A stretch of DNA of 64,000 nt from Eledone cirrhosa (Eukaryota), in assembly GCA_964016885.1 (NCBI GenBank), contig OZ024745.1, positions 16,058,001 through 16,122,000 on the forward strand, in the 5' to 3' direction. The notes under the pieces were generated by a model. That model did no database searches, was not told the DNA's origin, and saw nothing but the letters and a program-made list of their open reading frames with translations. The position numbers and the translations under genes were made by a program. Shown one piece after another: positions 1 through 14,789 of the stretch (positions are counted from its first letter, which is position 1; each line of letters opens with the position of its first letter).

Positions 1-440
1 ATGTCAGACTAAAATTTAGTTTCACTTCTCTCTTAAATCATACATGCCATAGACATTGGCCACGTATCTTGCTATTTCACTATCTACTTTTATACTTCAC
101 CCTTTATACCATACTCCATACACGTCCTTAACTATATTCTATTTAAATACGAAAAACTGACCACCCAACAGATTACACAATGACCCAAACAAATTTACTA
201 TGTAAACAGATAACACTCTATTTCTCGCCTTTCTTTCCTTTATTTCTTACACACATACAGCCCCCCCCCCTTATACACCAACATATGCACACACACATAC
301 TCATATCTATATTACAATAATTCCATTATCAACGGTACGTTCTTCTTCCTCGTTAGGGTGTGCCTGTATGTATGTATGTATGAGGCAACTTCTGTCAAGA
401 AAGGTACTCAATACATTGGTAGAGTATAGATATATTAATT

Positions 441-563
441 TTATTATAGAAATGACTTATACAAGACTAGAACGGTTTCAGTCGTAAAAAATCATAAAAA
501 AAAACTTGATGATTTATTACGAATAAAGCAGTTCCAGTCCTGTAAAAGTTATTTCTATAACAA
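441..563. repeat. Diverged palindrome next to (TA)n
   Basis: TTATAGAAATGACTTATACAAGACTAGAAC (~443-472) is inverted at GTTCCAGTCCTGTAAAAGTTATTTCTATAA (~531-560); inner arms are TCGTAAAAAATCAT / ATGATTTATTACGA. Confidence 0.65.
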
Positions 564-577
564 TATATATATATATG

Positions 578-616
<39 letters not shown>

Positions 617-668
617 TATTTTAATATATATATATATATGCACATACATATATATATATATATATATA

Positions 669-1135
<467 letters not shown>

Positions 1136-2335
1136 CACACATATATGCACAGGGACACCACTCAGTTTAAGAGTATGCTGATAATAAAACGTTAATTATT
1201 TCCGTTTATTTAATCATTTGTGATTCAAACCATATTCGTAGAAAGAGAGAATTCCTTTTATGCTTTGACATGATGTACGTTTAAATACGAAATTTTCAAT
1301 TAGCATAATACAGCCAGGAGTCATAAAAATAAGCGTCAATTAATTTATGAGCAAGTACAATTATTTAATCTAATTTTATTATTTTATTATTCGATGTTAA
1401 AGATTATCTAAGACAAACTATTAATAACTATGTGATTATGTCATTCTATAATCTGTGGTGATAGTTAAACTAAAATTGTTGGCATAAGAGACGTCATTAA
1501 TAATTGTCCAACTGTATAATTTGAAATGGATATAAGATATAACTGCTGACATGGAATACTCAGTAACTTCTGTTTGTAGACGACACATTTCCAGAGTCAT
1601 TAAATCATCGGAGAGAATACTTTGTGGCTATTGGTCACAGTTATCTGCACCGAAAGTTCAAATCTCGCCGAAGTTAACTTCGTGTTTCATAATATTTTGC
1701 AAGAATGTTTAAAAGATGGTAAATGCTCTTCTAATTAGATTTTTTCCTTTCCGGGCCCACTTTAGGATCTTGGGATATGTAACCGTTGTGCTTCCATTGG
1801 TGACTGCAATATATTTTTCTAGCAGGCTCCTCTACCTACTTTTAGCAGGATGAGTGAATCATAATAAGCTTAATTCTATTAAAAACAGTATTTCTGTCTT
1901 TGATTTGTGCGAGATTTCTGTTAGTTGGAACCCAGATTTGTTAGCTCTCTGAGCTCAAATCCAAGCTTAACTTTGCTTTTATTAATTCAATGTCGATAGA
2001 AATAGTAGCAGTCTGGAGTCGATTCTCTTTCTATATCTCTTTCTCACTTCCATTCTCTCACTTTCTATTCTTCTTTGAAAGAAATCTGCTGGAGAGGACA
2101 TGGGTTCTGCCAGGTATAAAAATGCCCCCAGAAACAGCGTATGCCAACACGTCGCCCTTACGACTCTACCATACCATACGATTGTTAGATGGAACATTAA
2201 GAAGAAAGTTTTCCACTGCATTCCTTTAAACCTATTTTCTGTTGCTTGGTGTAGGAGTTTTCTTGGCCGTATAATAACATTTAACTCTGTTTTTTCCATT
2301 ATTCAGCATTATATTCTCTGTTGGTTTATAGTAAC

Positions 2336-3105
<770 letters not shown>

Positions 3106-3161
3106 TTGGTGTCAACAATGGGATTGTAATTTTTCCTTTTGTGATACAAATATTTGTAAGC

Positions 3162-5560
3162 GGTGTGGGGTGGTGGTGTGTGGTGGTGTGGGGTGGTGTG
3201 GGGTGGTGGTGTGTGGTGGTGTGGGGTGGTGTGGGGTGGTGGTGTGTGGTGGTGTGGGGTGGTGTGGGGTGGTGGTGTGTGGTGGTGTGGGGTGGTGTGG
3301 GGTGGTGGTGTGTGGTGGTGTGGGGTGGTGTGGGGTGGTGGTGAGGTGGGGTAGAAATGTTGCATGACTTTTACCACTGACGGCATCAACACCACCTACA
3401 TGTAGGGTGACGTATGATGCAGTGTCGTGGTGGTGGTGGGTAGGGGTTGTAGTGGTGGTGGTGGTGGTGGTGGTGGTGGTGATGGTGGTGGTGGTGATGA
3501 GGGTGGTGGGTGTTGGTGGTGGTGGTGGTGATGGTGGTGGTGGTGGTGGTGTGGGTGAGGGGGGTTGTGGTGGTGGTGATGGTGGTGGTGGTGATGGTGG
3601 TGGTGGGTGTTGGTGGTGGTGGTGGTGGTGGTGATGGTGGTGGTGGTGGTGGGTGTTGGTGGTGGTGGTGGGTGTTGTTGTTGGTGGTGGTGGTGGTGGT
3701 GATGATGATGGTGGTGGTGGTGGTGGTGGTGGGTGTTGGTGGTGGTGGTGGTGATGTTGGTGGTGGTGGTGGTGGTGGGTGTTGGTGGTGGTGGGTGTTG
3801 TTGGTGGTGGTGGTGGTGGTGGTGATGTTGGTGGTGGTGGTGGTGGTGGTGGTGGTGAAGGTGGTGGTGGTGTTGGTGTTGGTGGTGGTCGTGGTGGTCG
3901 TGGTGGTGGTAGTGGTGGTGGTGTTGGAGGTGTGGTGGTGGTGGTGGTGGTGATGGTGGTGGTGATGGTGGTAGTGGTGGTGGTGGTGGTGTTGGAGGTG
4001 TGTTGTTGGTGGTGGTGGTGGTAGTGGTGGTGATGGTGGGGTTTAGAGGTGTGATGGTTATGGTGGTGGTGATGGTGGTGATGGTGATTAGGCTGTGTGC
4101 TGGTGTTGGTGATGATGGTGGTGGTGGTTATGCTACCGGATGGCGGTGGTGATGCTAATGTTAGAGGTGTGGTGCTGGTGATCGTGGTGGTTAGAGGTGT
4201 GGGCTGGTTGTGGTGGAGTCGGTGGAGGTTATAGTGTGAGCTGGTGGCGGTTTTGCTGGGTGTTAGAAGTGTGGTGATGGTGGTGGTGTTGGTGGTGTTG
4301 GTTATGGTAGGTGTTAGAGGGGTGATGGTGGTGGTGATGCTGTGAGCTGGTGCTGGTGATGGTTATGGTGGTGGCGGTGGTTATGGTGTGAGCTGGTGGT
4401 GGTGGTGGTCGTTATGGTGTGAGCTGGTGATGGTGGTGGTGGTGGTCGTTATGGTGCGGGCTGGTGGTGGTGGGGTGGGGTGGTGGTGATGGTTATGCTG
4501 TGAGCTGGTGGTGGTCGTGGCGGTGGTTATGGTGTGAGCTGGTGGTGGTGGTGGCGGTGGTGATGGTGTGAGTTGGTGGTGATGGTGTGAGCTGGTGGTG
4601 GTGGTGGTGGCGGTGGTTATGGTGTGAGTTGGTGGTGGTGGTGGTGATGGTGTGAGCTGGTGGTGATGGTGTGAGTTGGTGGTGATGGTGTGAGCTGGTG
4701 GTGGTGGTGGTGGCGGTGGTTATGGTGTGAGCTGGTGGTGATGGTGTGAGCTGGTTGTGGTGGTGGCGGTGGTGATGGTGTGAGATGGTTGTGGTGGTGG
4801 CGGTGGTGATGGTGTGAGCTGGTTGTGGTGGTGGCGGTGGTTAAGGTGTGAGCTGGTGGTGGTGGTGTGAGCTGGTGGTGGTGGTGGCGGTGGTAATGGT
4901 GTGAGTTGGTGGTGGTGGTGGCGGTGGTTATGGTGTGAGTTGGTGGTGGTGGTGGCGGTGGTTATGGTGTGAGTTGTGGTGGTGGTGGCGGTGGTGATGG
5001 TGTGAGTTGGTGGTGGTGGTGGCGGTGGTGATGGTGTGAGTTGGTGGTGGTGGTGGCGGTGGTTATGGTGTGAGTTGGTGGTGGTGGTGGCGGTGGTTAT
5101 GGTGTGAGTTGGTGGTGGCGGTGGTGATGGTGTGAGCTGGTGGTGGTGGTGGCGGTGGTTATGGTGTGAGTTGGTGGTGGTGGTGGCGGTGGTTATGGTG
5201 TGAGTTGGTGGTGGTGGTGGCGGTGGTGATGGTGCGAGTTGGTGGTGGTGGTGGCGGTGGTTATGGTGTGAGTTGGTGGTGGTGGTGGCGGTGGTTATGG
5301 TGTGAGTTGGTGGTGGTGGTGGCGGTGGTGATGGTGTGAGCTGGTGGTGGTGGTGGCGGTGGTTATGGTGTGAGTTGGTGGTGGTGGTGGCGGTGGTGAT
5401 GGTGTGAGCTGGTGGTGGTGGTGGTTATGGTGTGAGTTGGTGGTGGTGGTGGTGGCGGTGGTGATGGTGTGAGCTGGTGGTGGTGGTGGTGGTGGCGGTG
5501 GTGATGGTGTGAGCTGGTGGTGGTGGCGGCGGTGGTGATGGTGTGAGCTGGTTGTGATCC
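3162..5560 (+). repeat. GGT-rich tract: 33-bp minisatellite (3162-3340), degenerate (GGT)n (3427-4330) and ~34-bp GGTGGCGGTGGTTATGGTGTGAG(C/T)TGGT minisatellite (4330-5560)
   Basis: Direct inspection. Confidence 0.9.
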
Positions 5561-5684
5561 TGGGTGTTAGTGTGGCGGGTTTTCAACTCCGAATGTAAAG
5601 AATGTAATTATATCCATGCTACAAAGCATGTTGTCCGACGATCTACTGATTACTGCCAATCCACTGCCGTTAATTTGTCTACTA

Positions 5685-5856
5685 CGGTGGATTGGCAGTA
5701 TCGGTAGAGGGTCGGACGCTATGCTTTGACGCATAGAGTTACGGCCCCTGCCATTCTAAGTTCAAATCCCGCTGAGGTTAACTTTGCCTTTCATCCTTAC
5801 GGGGTCGATAAAATAAAGTACCAGTAATGACCTTGTGACAAAAGTAGAAACAATTA
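5685..5856 (+). mobile_element. tRNA-derived SINE (main family); partial inverted copy at 5586-5670
   Basis: GGTGGATTGGCAGTATCGG...AGTTCAAATCCCGC...GCCTTTCATCCTTACGGGGTCGATAAAATAAAGTACCAG...GTAGAAACAATTA; TAATTTGTCT is duplicated on both flanks. Confidence 0.85.
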
Positions 5857-6195
5857 ATTTGTCTTCTATAATAAATATTAGAATGTCTTATTCTTACTGT
5901 ATAATCTTGCTATAATTTCCAACGTTGCTATAGTCTACCCAGCTGTAAATCTAGAATTAGTGTTTTCTCAGTTAATATTTCTTCTTATTCATATCCACCC
6001 ATTCCACTTATTTCAGTGCATCACAACCTATCGGCTCATATGTTTCTTATTTTTTCCTTTAATAAAATTCAACTTCAAATTATTCTACATCTTGTATTAA
6101 TTTTCGCCTTTTTGTTTCATTTTCTTTTCACATCTAAGCCCTACCCCCACTGAAAGTGTTCACATGTCAACCATTCAGATTCCATGACTATCTCC

Positions 6196-6265
<70 letters not shown>

Positions 6266-6293
6266 GCCTGCCTGCCTGTCTGTCTATGTCTGC

Positions 6294-6318
6294 TGGTCGT
6301 CCTAAACCCACCCAATTT

Positions 6319-6362
<44 letters not shown>

Positions 6363-6388
6363 AAGCTGGGTGGGTTTAGGACGACCAT
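6294..6388. repeat. 27-bp inverted repeat around a (TA)n core
   Basis: TGGTCGTCCTAAACCCACCCAATTTTG / CAAAGCTGGGTGGGTTTAGGACGACCA; outer flanks are (TATC)n and (GATA)n. Confidence 0.8.
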
Positions 6389-6959
6389 AAATAGATAGAT
6401 AGATTCTCTTTACAAATGTACTCCATTCATTACTGTAGTTCTTTTTCTTCCAGTCTGTTAACAAATAATTTGTAACATTTTTGTTTTTATGAAAAATCTT
6501 TTTAAAGAGACGTACATGTAAGAATATCAACCTAATTACATTCAGTCCCCACTTGTGAATAAATTCCGATTTATGAGAAAATTATGCCCCCATCCATTTT
6601 TCACTCGTACAAATAATATTTTAGAAAGTTATTACAGACGTATAGTATGTATAGACCTCCAAGAATGCCACATAACATATGTGAAGCTGTCACTATAAAA
6701 CTAGCGACAATATGCACCCATTTAATCAAAGTTGATACCGACATTGCCAAAACGTCTTATATGACCTTACGTGACCTTTAAACCATACCAGAAGTTTGGT
6801 GTTTGTTTCCCAGTTGGCAATACAACTATTTTCTACTGTCACTAATCATTTTCTCAGAAACACACCACACACACACTTGATAAATGTATTTAAGAAATAC
6901 ATTTAAAGGTTCGGTCGGGACTAAAATAGCAGTTCGTATTGTATGTATGAATCTATATG

Positions 6960-7033
6960 AGTGTCCCCCAAAATGCATACGCACTTCAACAGCATTCTAA
7001 TAAATGTGTATACATTTTTGGGATACACCCTGT
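6960..7033. mobile_element. Small Tc1/mariner-type MITE (family also at 14462-14868 and 29089-29188)
   Basis: TIR CAGGGTGTCCC(C/T)AAAA-TGTATAC; the internal CAACAGCATTCTAATAAAT is shared with the 29089 copy. Confidence 0.65.
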
Positions 7034-7358
7034 CTATATGAGATTATTGGCTGGGTGGAAAGAGAAAACACGTACGTCATAGATTAGTAAACTTAGGAAA
7101 ATTAACAAAAAGAAAATAAGACAACGAACAAAAACAAGGCAAAACGAAAAACAATTTTTTAAAGGTTCCCCCTGAAAAATTTATATTTGAAAATGAAAAT
7201 AAAAGCGAAAGACAGAGAACCCCAGGGTCATAAATATACATATGTTATCTTCATTGAAATATTTAATATTGGAGACAAATCAATTTTGACACACACACAC
7301 ACATATAACACACACACACACACACACACGCGCACACACACGCGCACACACACACGCG

Positions 7359-7456
<98 letters not shown>

Positions 7457-8383
7457 CATATATAATATACACACAAACATATATATGCCTGTATACTGGT
7501 ATGGCGAAGAAGTCTCCTCATATTCATTGTGTGAAAGGGATAAGGAAATCATGCCTCCCCACTCGGAAACTTCTGGTGGTATCTGGGGAAAGTATTAACG
7601 ATCTCTTTTACCTTCCATGCTAGGAATACACTAAAGATTACAGTCCATCAGAATAAGATGTGGATGGTATACCTTCAACAGCAACGAAACTACAAGATTG
7701 AAACTCTTTCTTGCTATGTTAAAAATAAAATAGACAATTTGATTATCAAGAAACGGAACTGGAAAGTACAGAATTGCGGGAGTTCTAAAATTGAAAATCG
7801 GAACATTTCAATCCTTTATTAGTCACATTCAGGGTTTAGCCAAATGTCCTCTTCATTCGATTTGAAAACTATTTACACACTATCTTAAATAAATAATAAA
7901 GAAATTTATCTTACTATATCAACTTATTTCCTTCTTTAGTTTTGAAGGACGACAAGAAAGCTGATATATTAATATATGTTTAACAGCTTAATGTTGGATT
8001 ACTGAGACAGACAGGAATAAAAATGGAAAAGAAAGAGCCCTTAATTTCTAGTAAACGTATTTAAGACAATTCAACAGAATTCGTAATATAATCGGCTTGT
8101 CACCTCACAGCCCCGGCAGCCAGAATGGAGAAGGCATTTCCCCGGAGGAGGGCAAGAGAGAGGAGCTGTGGTAGGCGGAGGCTGGGGCGGTAACAATCTT
8201 CTACCGTTGTTTTGTTATTCGATCAAGGTCCCTAACTGACAAGATCGTGTTGAAACTGATCTACAATAACCTCACAACACCAAACAAAACCACACAGTGG
8301 GATCAAACACAGGACCTCATGATTAGGAGGTGAACCTCTGAACCATTTAGTTATCTTCACATATACAAAAGTAAGCTGACTTT

Positions 8384-8545
8384 GAAGGAGTGATGCTAGA
8401 GCTGTGAAATCTTGCATGCATTAATTTCAACTCTTCTTAATAACTGCATTGTTTCTTTCCAGGGAATATGTTGAAAAATGAACATCATTTGGTCATTCCA
8501 TGAGAGTATCTTGGTCAGCCTATGACATTTTTAGCCAACGTTCGT
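8384..8545 (+). mobile_element. Mariner-derived fragment (family also at 41600-41772 on - and 53560-53792 on +)
   Basis: Shared block GAAAAAT(G/A)AAC..CATTTGGTCA..CCATGAGA.TA.CTT.GTCAGCCTATGA. The 53560 copy resembles a decayed mariner C-terminus plus TIR. Confidence 0.55.
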
Positions 8546-8971
8546 ATTAACGACAACACTAATACAGCGTGATTCAGAATAAAGGCATATATCGACCCAT
8601 ACATCTAGTTTCATATTTAACTGTGTTAAAACTACATTCATTTGAAGTCAAATAATTTAGAAAGTGAGGACAGGGCGTGTTATTGAGGAGTGTCACGAGA
8701 GTAATAAAAATAATGATATATTTACCAAAAGAAAGAACAGAAACTGTTAATGATTAGGTTTGATGAAAGTTTCTATAATTATATTTGATTTATCGTTATA
8801 AATAGCTAATTAAATCTTTATGGAATTGCGAAACAAAACAAAACAGAAATGTTCATTCTTAAAAATAACAAAATGGAAAAAAAGAAAGAAAAACTAATAA
8901 AAGCAAAGAACCAAATATATACCATGGCGACCAACCCAACAACAATAATAACAACAATATAATATTATTAC

Positions 8972-9055
<84 letters not shown>

Positions 9056-9056
<1 letters not shown>

Positions 9057-9219
9057 TAAAATAACAGATTAAAGTTTAAGCAAAGAATCGCTGCTTTCAC
9101 CCTTAACGGGATCTTCTGAAACAAACCTTATTTGCTCTACGGTTCTTATATATTTGATATATATATATATTTTCCTTATCGAGCCCTCTTTGGATTTTAG
9201 TCTTCAATTTTATTATTAT

Positions 9220-9225
<6 letters not shown>
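9056..9225. mobile_element. PLE family A 3'-end insertion with inverted segment; HHR-like motif at 9074-9122 (-)
   Basis: Reverse complement of 24189-24255 joined to a second segment also seen at 25412-25500 and 42307-42380; (TA)n on both sides. Confidence 0.75.
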
Positions 9226-9262
<37 letters not shown>

Positions 9263-9531
9263 TAATGAAATGACAGGAGGCTGGATTTGTGTAAATCCTT
9301 GAAAGAGGTTTATTATACTATGATCATATATATGTATATATATATATATATGTAAATATCTTTAAGTCGTTTGGAAGCCTCGACAATGCAAATGGGTAAA
9401 TCTCCGGGTAACTAGATCTGGTAGTGGAGAGAGAGATGTAAGTGAGTGTACGTTGAGATGCGTGGCGTGTATGAGATGTGTAGAAGAATGAAGGAAAGAG
9501 TATAAAGGATAAAATAAAATAACAACAAGTT

Positions 9532-9910
<379 letters not shown>

Positions 9911-9969
9911 ATATATATATATATGTATGTATATATGTATGTATATATATATATGTGTATATATATATA

Positions 9970-10026
<57 letters not shown>

Positions 10027-10324
10027 AAGTGCCTCTACCACACATATCTCTCTGCCACACTATATAAACAAGACGCACATGCGTGCCACACATATAACAT
10101 TTGCACTATATAACCACTTATCTTCATGTTGTACTTTAACCTATATCTTTGATTTTTGATTGTACCTATTAATATAAATGTAATCTCGAAGTGTGTACTG
10201 CCACTCTAAATTCTGTAATGAATGTTGACCCACAATGTTTGAATATGTATCAATGTTTGAATATGTATTTGGTATGTCTCTCGGCTGAAGAGGAGGTCAT
10301 ATAACTGTCCATGCATTAATAAAT

Positions 10325-10371
10325 TGCTCCGAAGAATCCAAACCTCGGTTTGGAGGAAACAGCTGTAAGCA
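10325..10371 (+). ncRNA. Minimal type-I hammerhead ribozyme variant
   Basis: TGCT-CCGAAGA-A-TCCAAACC-TC-GGTTTGGA-G-GAAA-CAGCTG-TA^AGCA; stem III (ACAGCTGT) is palindromic; (TA)n follows 40 nt downstream. Confidence 0.7.
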
Positions 10372-10402
10372 CAATAATGTTTTGAACAGTTCTTTGATTC
10401 TT

Positions 10403-10451
<49 letters not shown>

Positions 10452-10659
10452 TTTCTGAATTTGTTTAGCAAGATTCTTTATCTGAAAACGTGTGTTGAAA
10501 CCGATATTGTTATACTTTGGGAGGGTCATGTTGCCAATAAGAAACACACGCACCAGTTGCTTTCACTTCAATTTATTATAAATTAAATTCATAAATTTAA
10601 GAATTTATAAATTTCCGGTTGGTTGGTTGGTTCCACAACCGGACGGTTGTTCATATATT

Positions 10660-10702
10660 GTCAAAGTTCTTTCGTCACACATTCTGTGACCTCTTCAGTG
10701 AC
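10660..10702 (-). ncRNA. Minimal type-I hammerhead ribozyme variant
   Basis: Minus strand: GTCA-CTGAAGA-G-GTCACA-GAATG-TGTGAC-GAAA-GAAC-TT^TGAC. The 5' half is duplicated in inverted orientation at 11061-11128. Confidence 0.6.
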
Positions 10703-11181
10703 TGGGGATTCTTTTCTTTGTTTTTGTGCCTCTCCTTTGTTCTGTCCTACGCCATCTTGTTTTTGTGTGTGTTGTGTGCTTAGTTTGCGCATGTGTTACA
10801 TCCGGGTGTCTGTGTGTGTGTATATTTGTTTATTTACATGTTACTGGTTGGTTGTTTGTTCTATGTGTGTGTGTGTTTTCATTTTGTCCTTAATTGTAAG
10901 TTGTGATGTTGCTATTCCATTCATGTGTTCTATTTAATTTTGGTTGGAGTTCATTTATGTTTATTGCCTCTGTGATTTATCTAAACATTGCGTCTTTTCT
11001 GTGTGTAGATTCTATTTTTATTTCTATGTTCTCTAATTTACCCTTATGTTCTATTTTAGCACGTAGGACAGAACAAATGAGAGGCACAAAAACAAAGAAA
11101 AGAATCCCCGGTCACTGAAGAGGTCACATATAATATCTGTCTGTATGCCTGGCTGTCTGCATTACGACATTCTGACGAACA

Positions 11182-11387
11182 TTGATGACGTATTATGTCC
11201 GCTATTATCCGTTCATTGCCAGGGAACATCTTCACGAACCAAAGTATCGTCTTCCTGTTTTCCTTCGGTTGCAACGTTTTTCGAAATATTTACTTCTGTA
11301 TTCACAGATTGATGTTTTTAGTTTCAGAAGATCCCGTTAAGGGTGAAAGCAACGATTCTTTGCTTAAACTTTAATCTGTTATTTTAA
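11182..11387 (+). mobile_element. 5'-truncated copy of the PLE family A 3' end; HHR-like motif at 11320-11370
   Basis: Colinear with ~24055-24255 (CACGAACCAAAGTATCGTCTTCCTGT...CAGAAGATCCCGTTAAGGGTGAAAGC). Confidence 0.8.
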
Positions 11388-12179
<792 letters not shown>

Positions 12180-13457
12180 CGCGTGTGTGTGTGTGTGAAT
12201 ATTTGTTGTATGAATGCATAACACACTGTGTCTCTGAGAGTGAATGTGATTATATATATATATATTATATATTATATAGATGCCTACCTGTTCATATGTG
12301 TGTTAGACTGTATGAACGTGAGCGCGCGTGTGCGTGTGTGTGTGTGAACAAATGTGTTTATCTGAGAAGAACCGGCATCATCATTCATACGGTGAATACC
12401 CCATAATTTACTGGCGTCGTGATTGTGCCAAACATCCACCATTACATTCTCACCTCGGCAGTAACAGCAATAAATTGAAGCTTCAGCCTTTCTCTTCCGT
12501 TTTCTTTTTATTTCCAAGTAACGACAATCGGGCAAAAATTGTTTGCAACGAAAAGAAATTACATGAAAGTCGCCATATAATTGGTTGTAATAAAACGTTC
12601 GGATTTAGATGCCTTTTAATTGACAACATGTTGAGAAAGAGGAGAGAAGTCCCTTCGGCTTTTATAGGGGTGAGAGAAGATGGGATGGAATTATTGAAGG
12701 TTTATGTAATATAGTAAATGAGAGAGAATGAGTGTGTGTGTGTGTGTGTGAGAGAGAGAAAGAGAGTGTGTGTGTGTGTGAGAGAGAGAGAGTATAACAA
12801 CTGAATGGTGGCCTATTAGTGTGATAGACTGGGGAGGATTATGAGACATAACATATATCGTGGATAGGATAGACGATGAACAGAACAAAAATTAAATATA
12901 TATATACTAAGTATGTCTAGATATTGTAGCTAGAGTGATAATTAAGGTATGATTTAATCTACAAGGAAAATTATTGCGATATCTGAATTGAGAGATCAAA
13001 GTACATAGTTTTATAACATTTCGGTATATAATCACAATTATCATTAGACAACAGAATAAGGGAAATAGAATGCCAGAACCGTTAGATCGGCGGGAAAAAA
13101 ATAATTTGCAGCCTTTTAAGTTCATATCCCACCGAGGCCAAGTTTGCTTTTCACTGTCCGGAGAGAGGCTGTCGATGAAATAACATACCAGTCAAGTACA
13201 CAACTAGATTAAATAGACTCTCTTCTCCCAATAGATATGTTATTGCAGAAGTTATACATCTACTATATAAATATCAATCCATTCTTATATTAGTCCATTA
13301 TGATATCTGATATAGTATTAGATATACATCAACTACATAGATATCTAACCAATCTGATACCACCCTATACTGGTATCTTCGTAATATCAAGCCACTAAAT
13401 ACTGGTGCTTTTTTCTTAATGTCATACTATACTGTATAGGTATACATGTCTAGCCTG

Positions 13458-13536
<79 letters not shown>

Positions 13537-13797
13537 ATGTATAGATATATTATTTGTACAGATTAAAAGTTTAATCAATGAATTTCAGCTTCCACCCTAA
13601 GCGGGAACATCTGAAAGTCTTCATATTTATCATTACTATATATCTATACCAACGTACCGTCAGCATATCCTGGCAGACATAGCTCCACCAGAGATTAATG
13701 AAAAAGTACAGCAATGTGTTCAGCTGTGGCCGAATCACATTTAGCCAAGCTCTGTAGCCAACACATTTTGTGGACATGATAAGAAGAAGATGACCAT

Positions 13798-13862
<65 letters not shown>

Positions 13863-13866
<4 letters not shown>

Positions 13867-14205
13867 AATTTCGTATTTCAAAAGAAACACCGTTTTAGGA
13901 AGCCGTAGCTATGCAAACGCCGGGGCTAACGCCCTCTGGTGGTGTTCAGCAGAAGCAAGGGGGACAACCGTCTATGCATTTTAGGCTTGACTGGCCTTCT
14001 TTAGGACGGTCCTTCCCACCGCTTGCAACTGCTGGACTTGAAAACAGTCGAGAATATATAGTTTTCTCATCTGTGCAAATGAGGCGATTAATCTCATTTG
14101 CCTATGAAGCTGTATAAGTTGGACACCACCAGAGGGCGTTAGCCCCGATGTCTGCATAACTACGACTTCCTAAAGCCGTATTTCTTTAGAAATACGAAAT
14201 TTCTA
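13863..14205. mobile_element. MITE with ~88-bp imperfect TIRs
   Basis: TAGAAATTTCGTATTTC...GCCCTCTGGTGGTGT / ACACCACCAGAGGGC...GAAATACGAAATTTCTA. Confidence 0.8.
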
Positions 14206-14242
14206 TACATATTTGTATAACGCTATGCTTAAAGCAAAATCC

Positions 14243-14326
<84 letters not shown>

Positions 14327-14370
14327 TGATTTAATGCTTTCGTTCCACCACCTGTAATTCCCTGAATTTC

Positions 14371-14458
<88 letters not shown>

Positions 14459-14599
14459 TATTGTCCCCAAAATATATACACACTTTGATTACCTGTACAG
14501 GCAATAGTTATTAGAGTGCTCAGCCTTTCCCCAAAAATAAAATGATCTACACACATAATTCAATTGTATATAAACACCTAAAAATGTTTACATAATTTA

Positions 14600-14789
14600 A
14601 ATAATTGTTTCTACTTTTGGCACAAGGCCAGCAATTACCCAGTGCATCACTGGTACTTCATTTTATCGATGCCGTAAGGATGAAAGGCAAAGTTATCATC
14701 GGCGGCATTTGAACTCAGAATGGCAAGGCCCGTAACTCTATGCGTCAAAGCATGGCGTCCGACCCTCTACCGATACTGCCAATCCACCA
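14600..14789 (-). mobile_element. SINE main family, nested in the small Tc1-type MITE at 14462-14868
   Basis: Reverse complement of the SINE consensus. Confidence 0.85.

Noticed and set aside
3407-5560. Gly- or Val-rich structural protein
   Set aside because: (GGT)n-derived; the 34-bp unit shifts frame and contains TGA.
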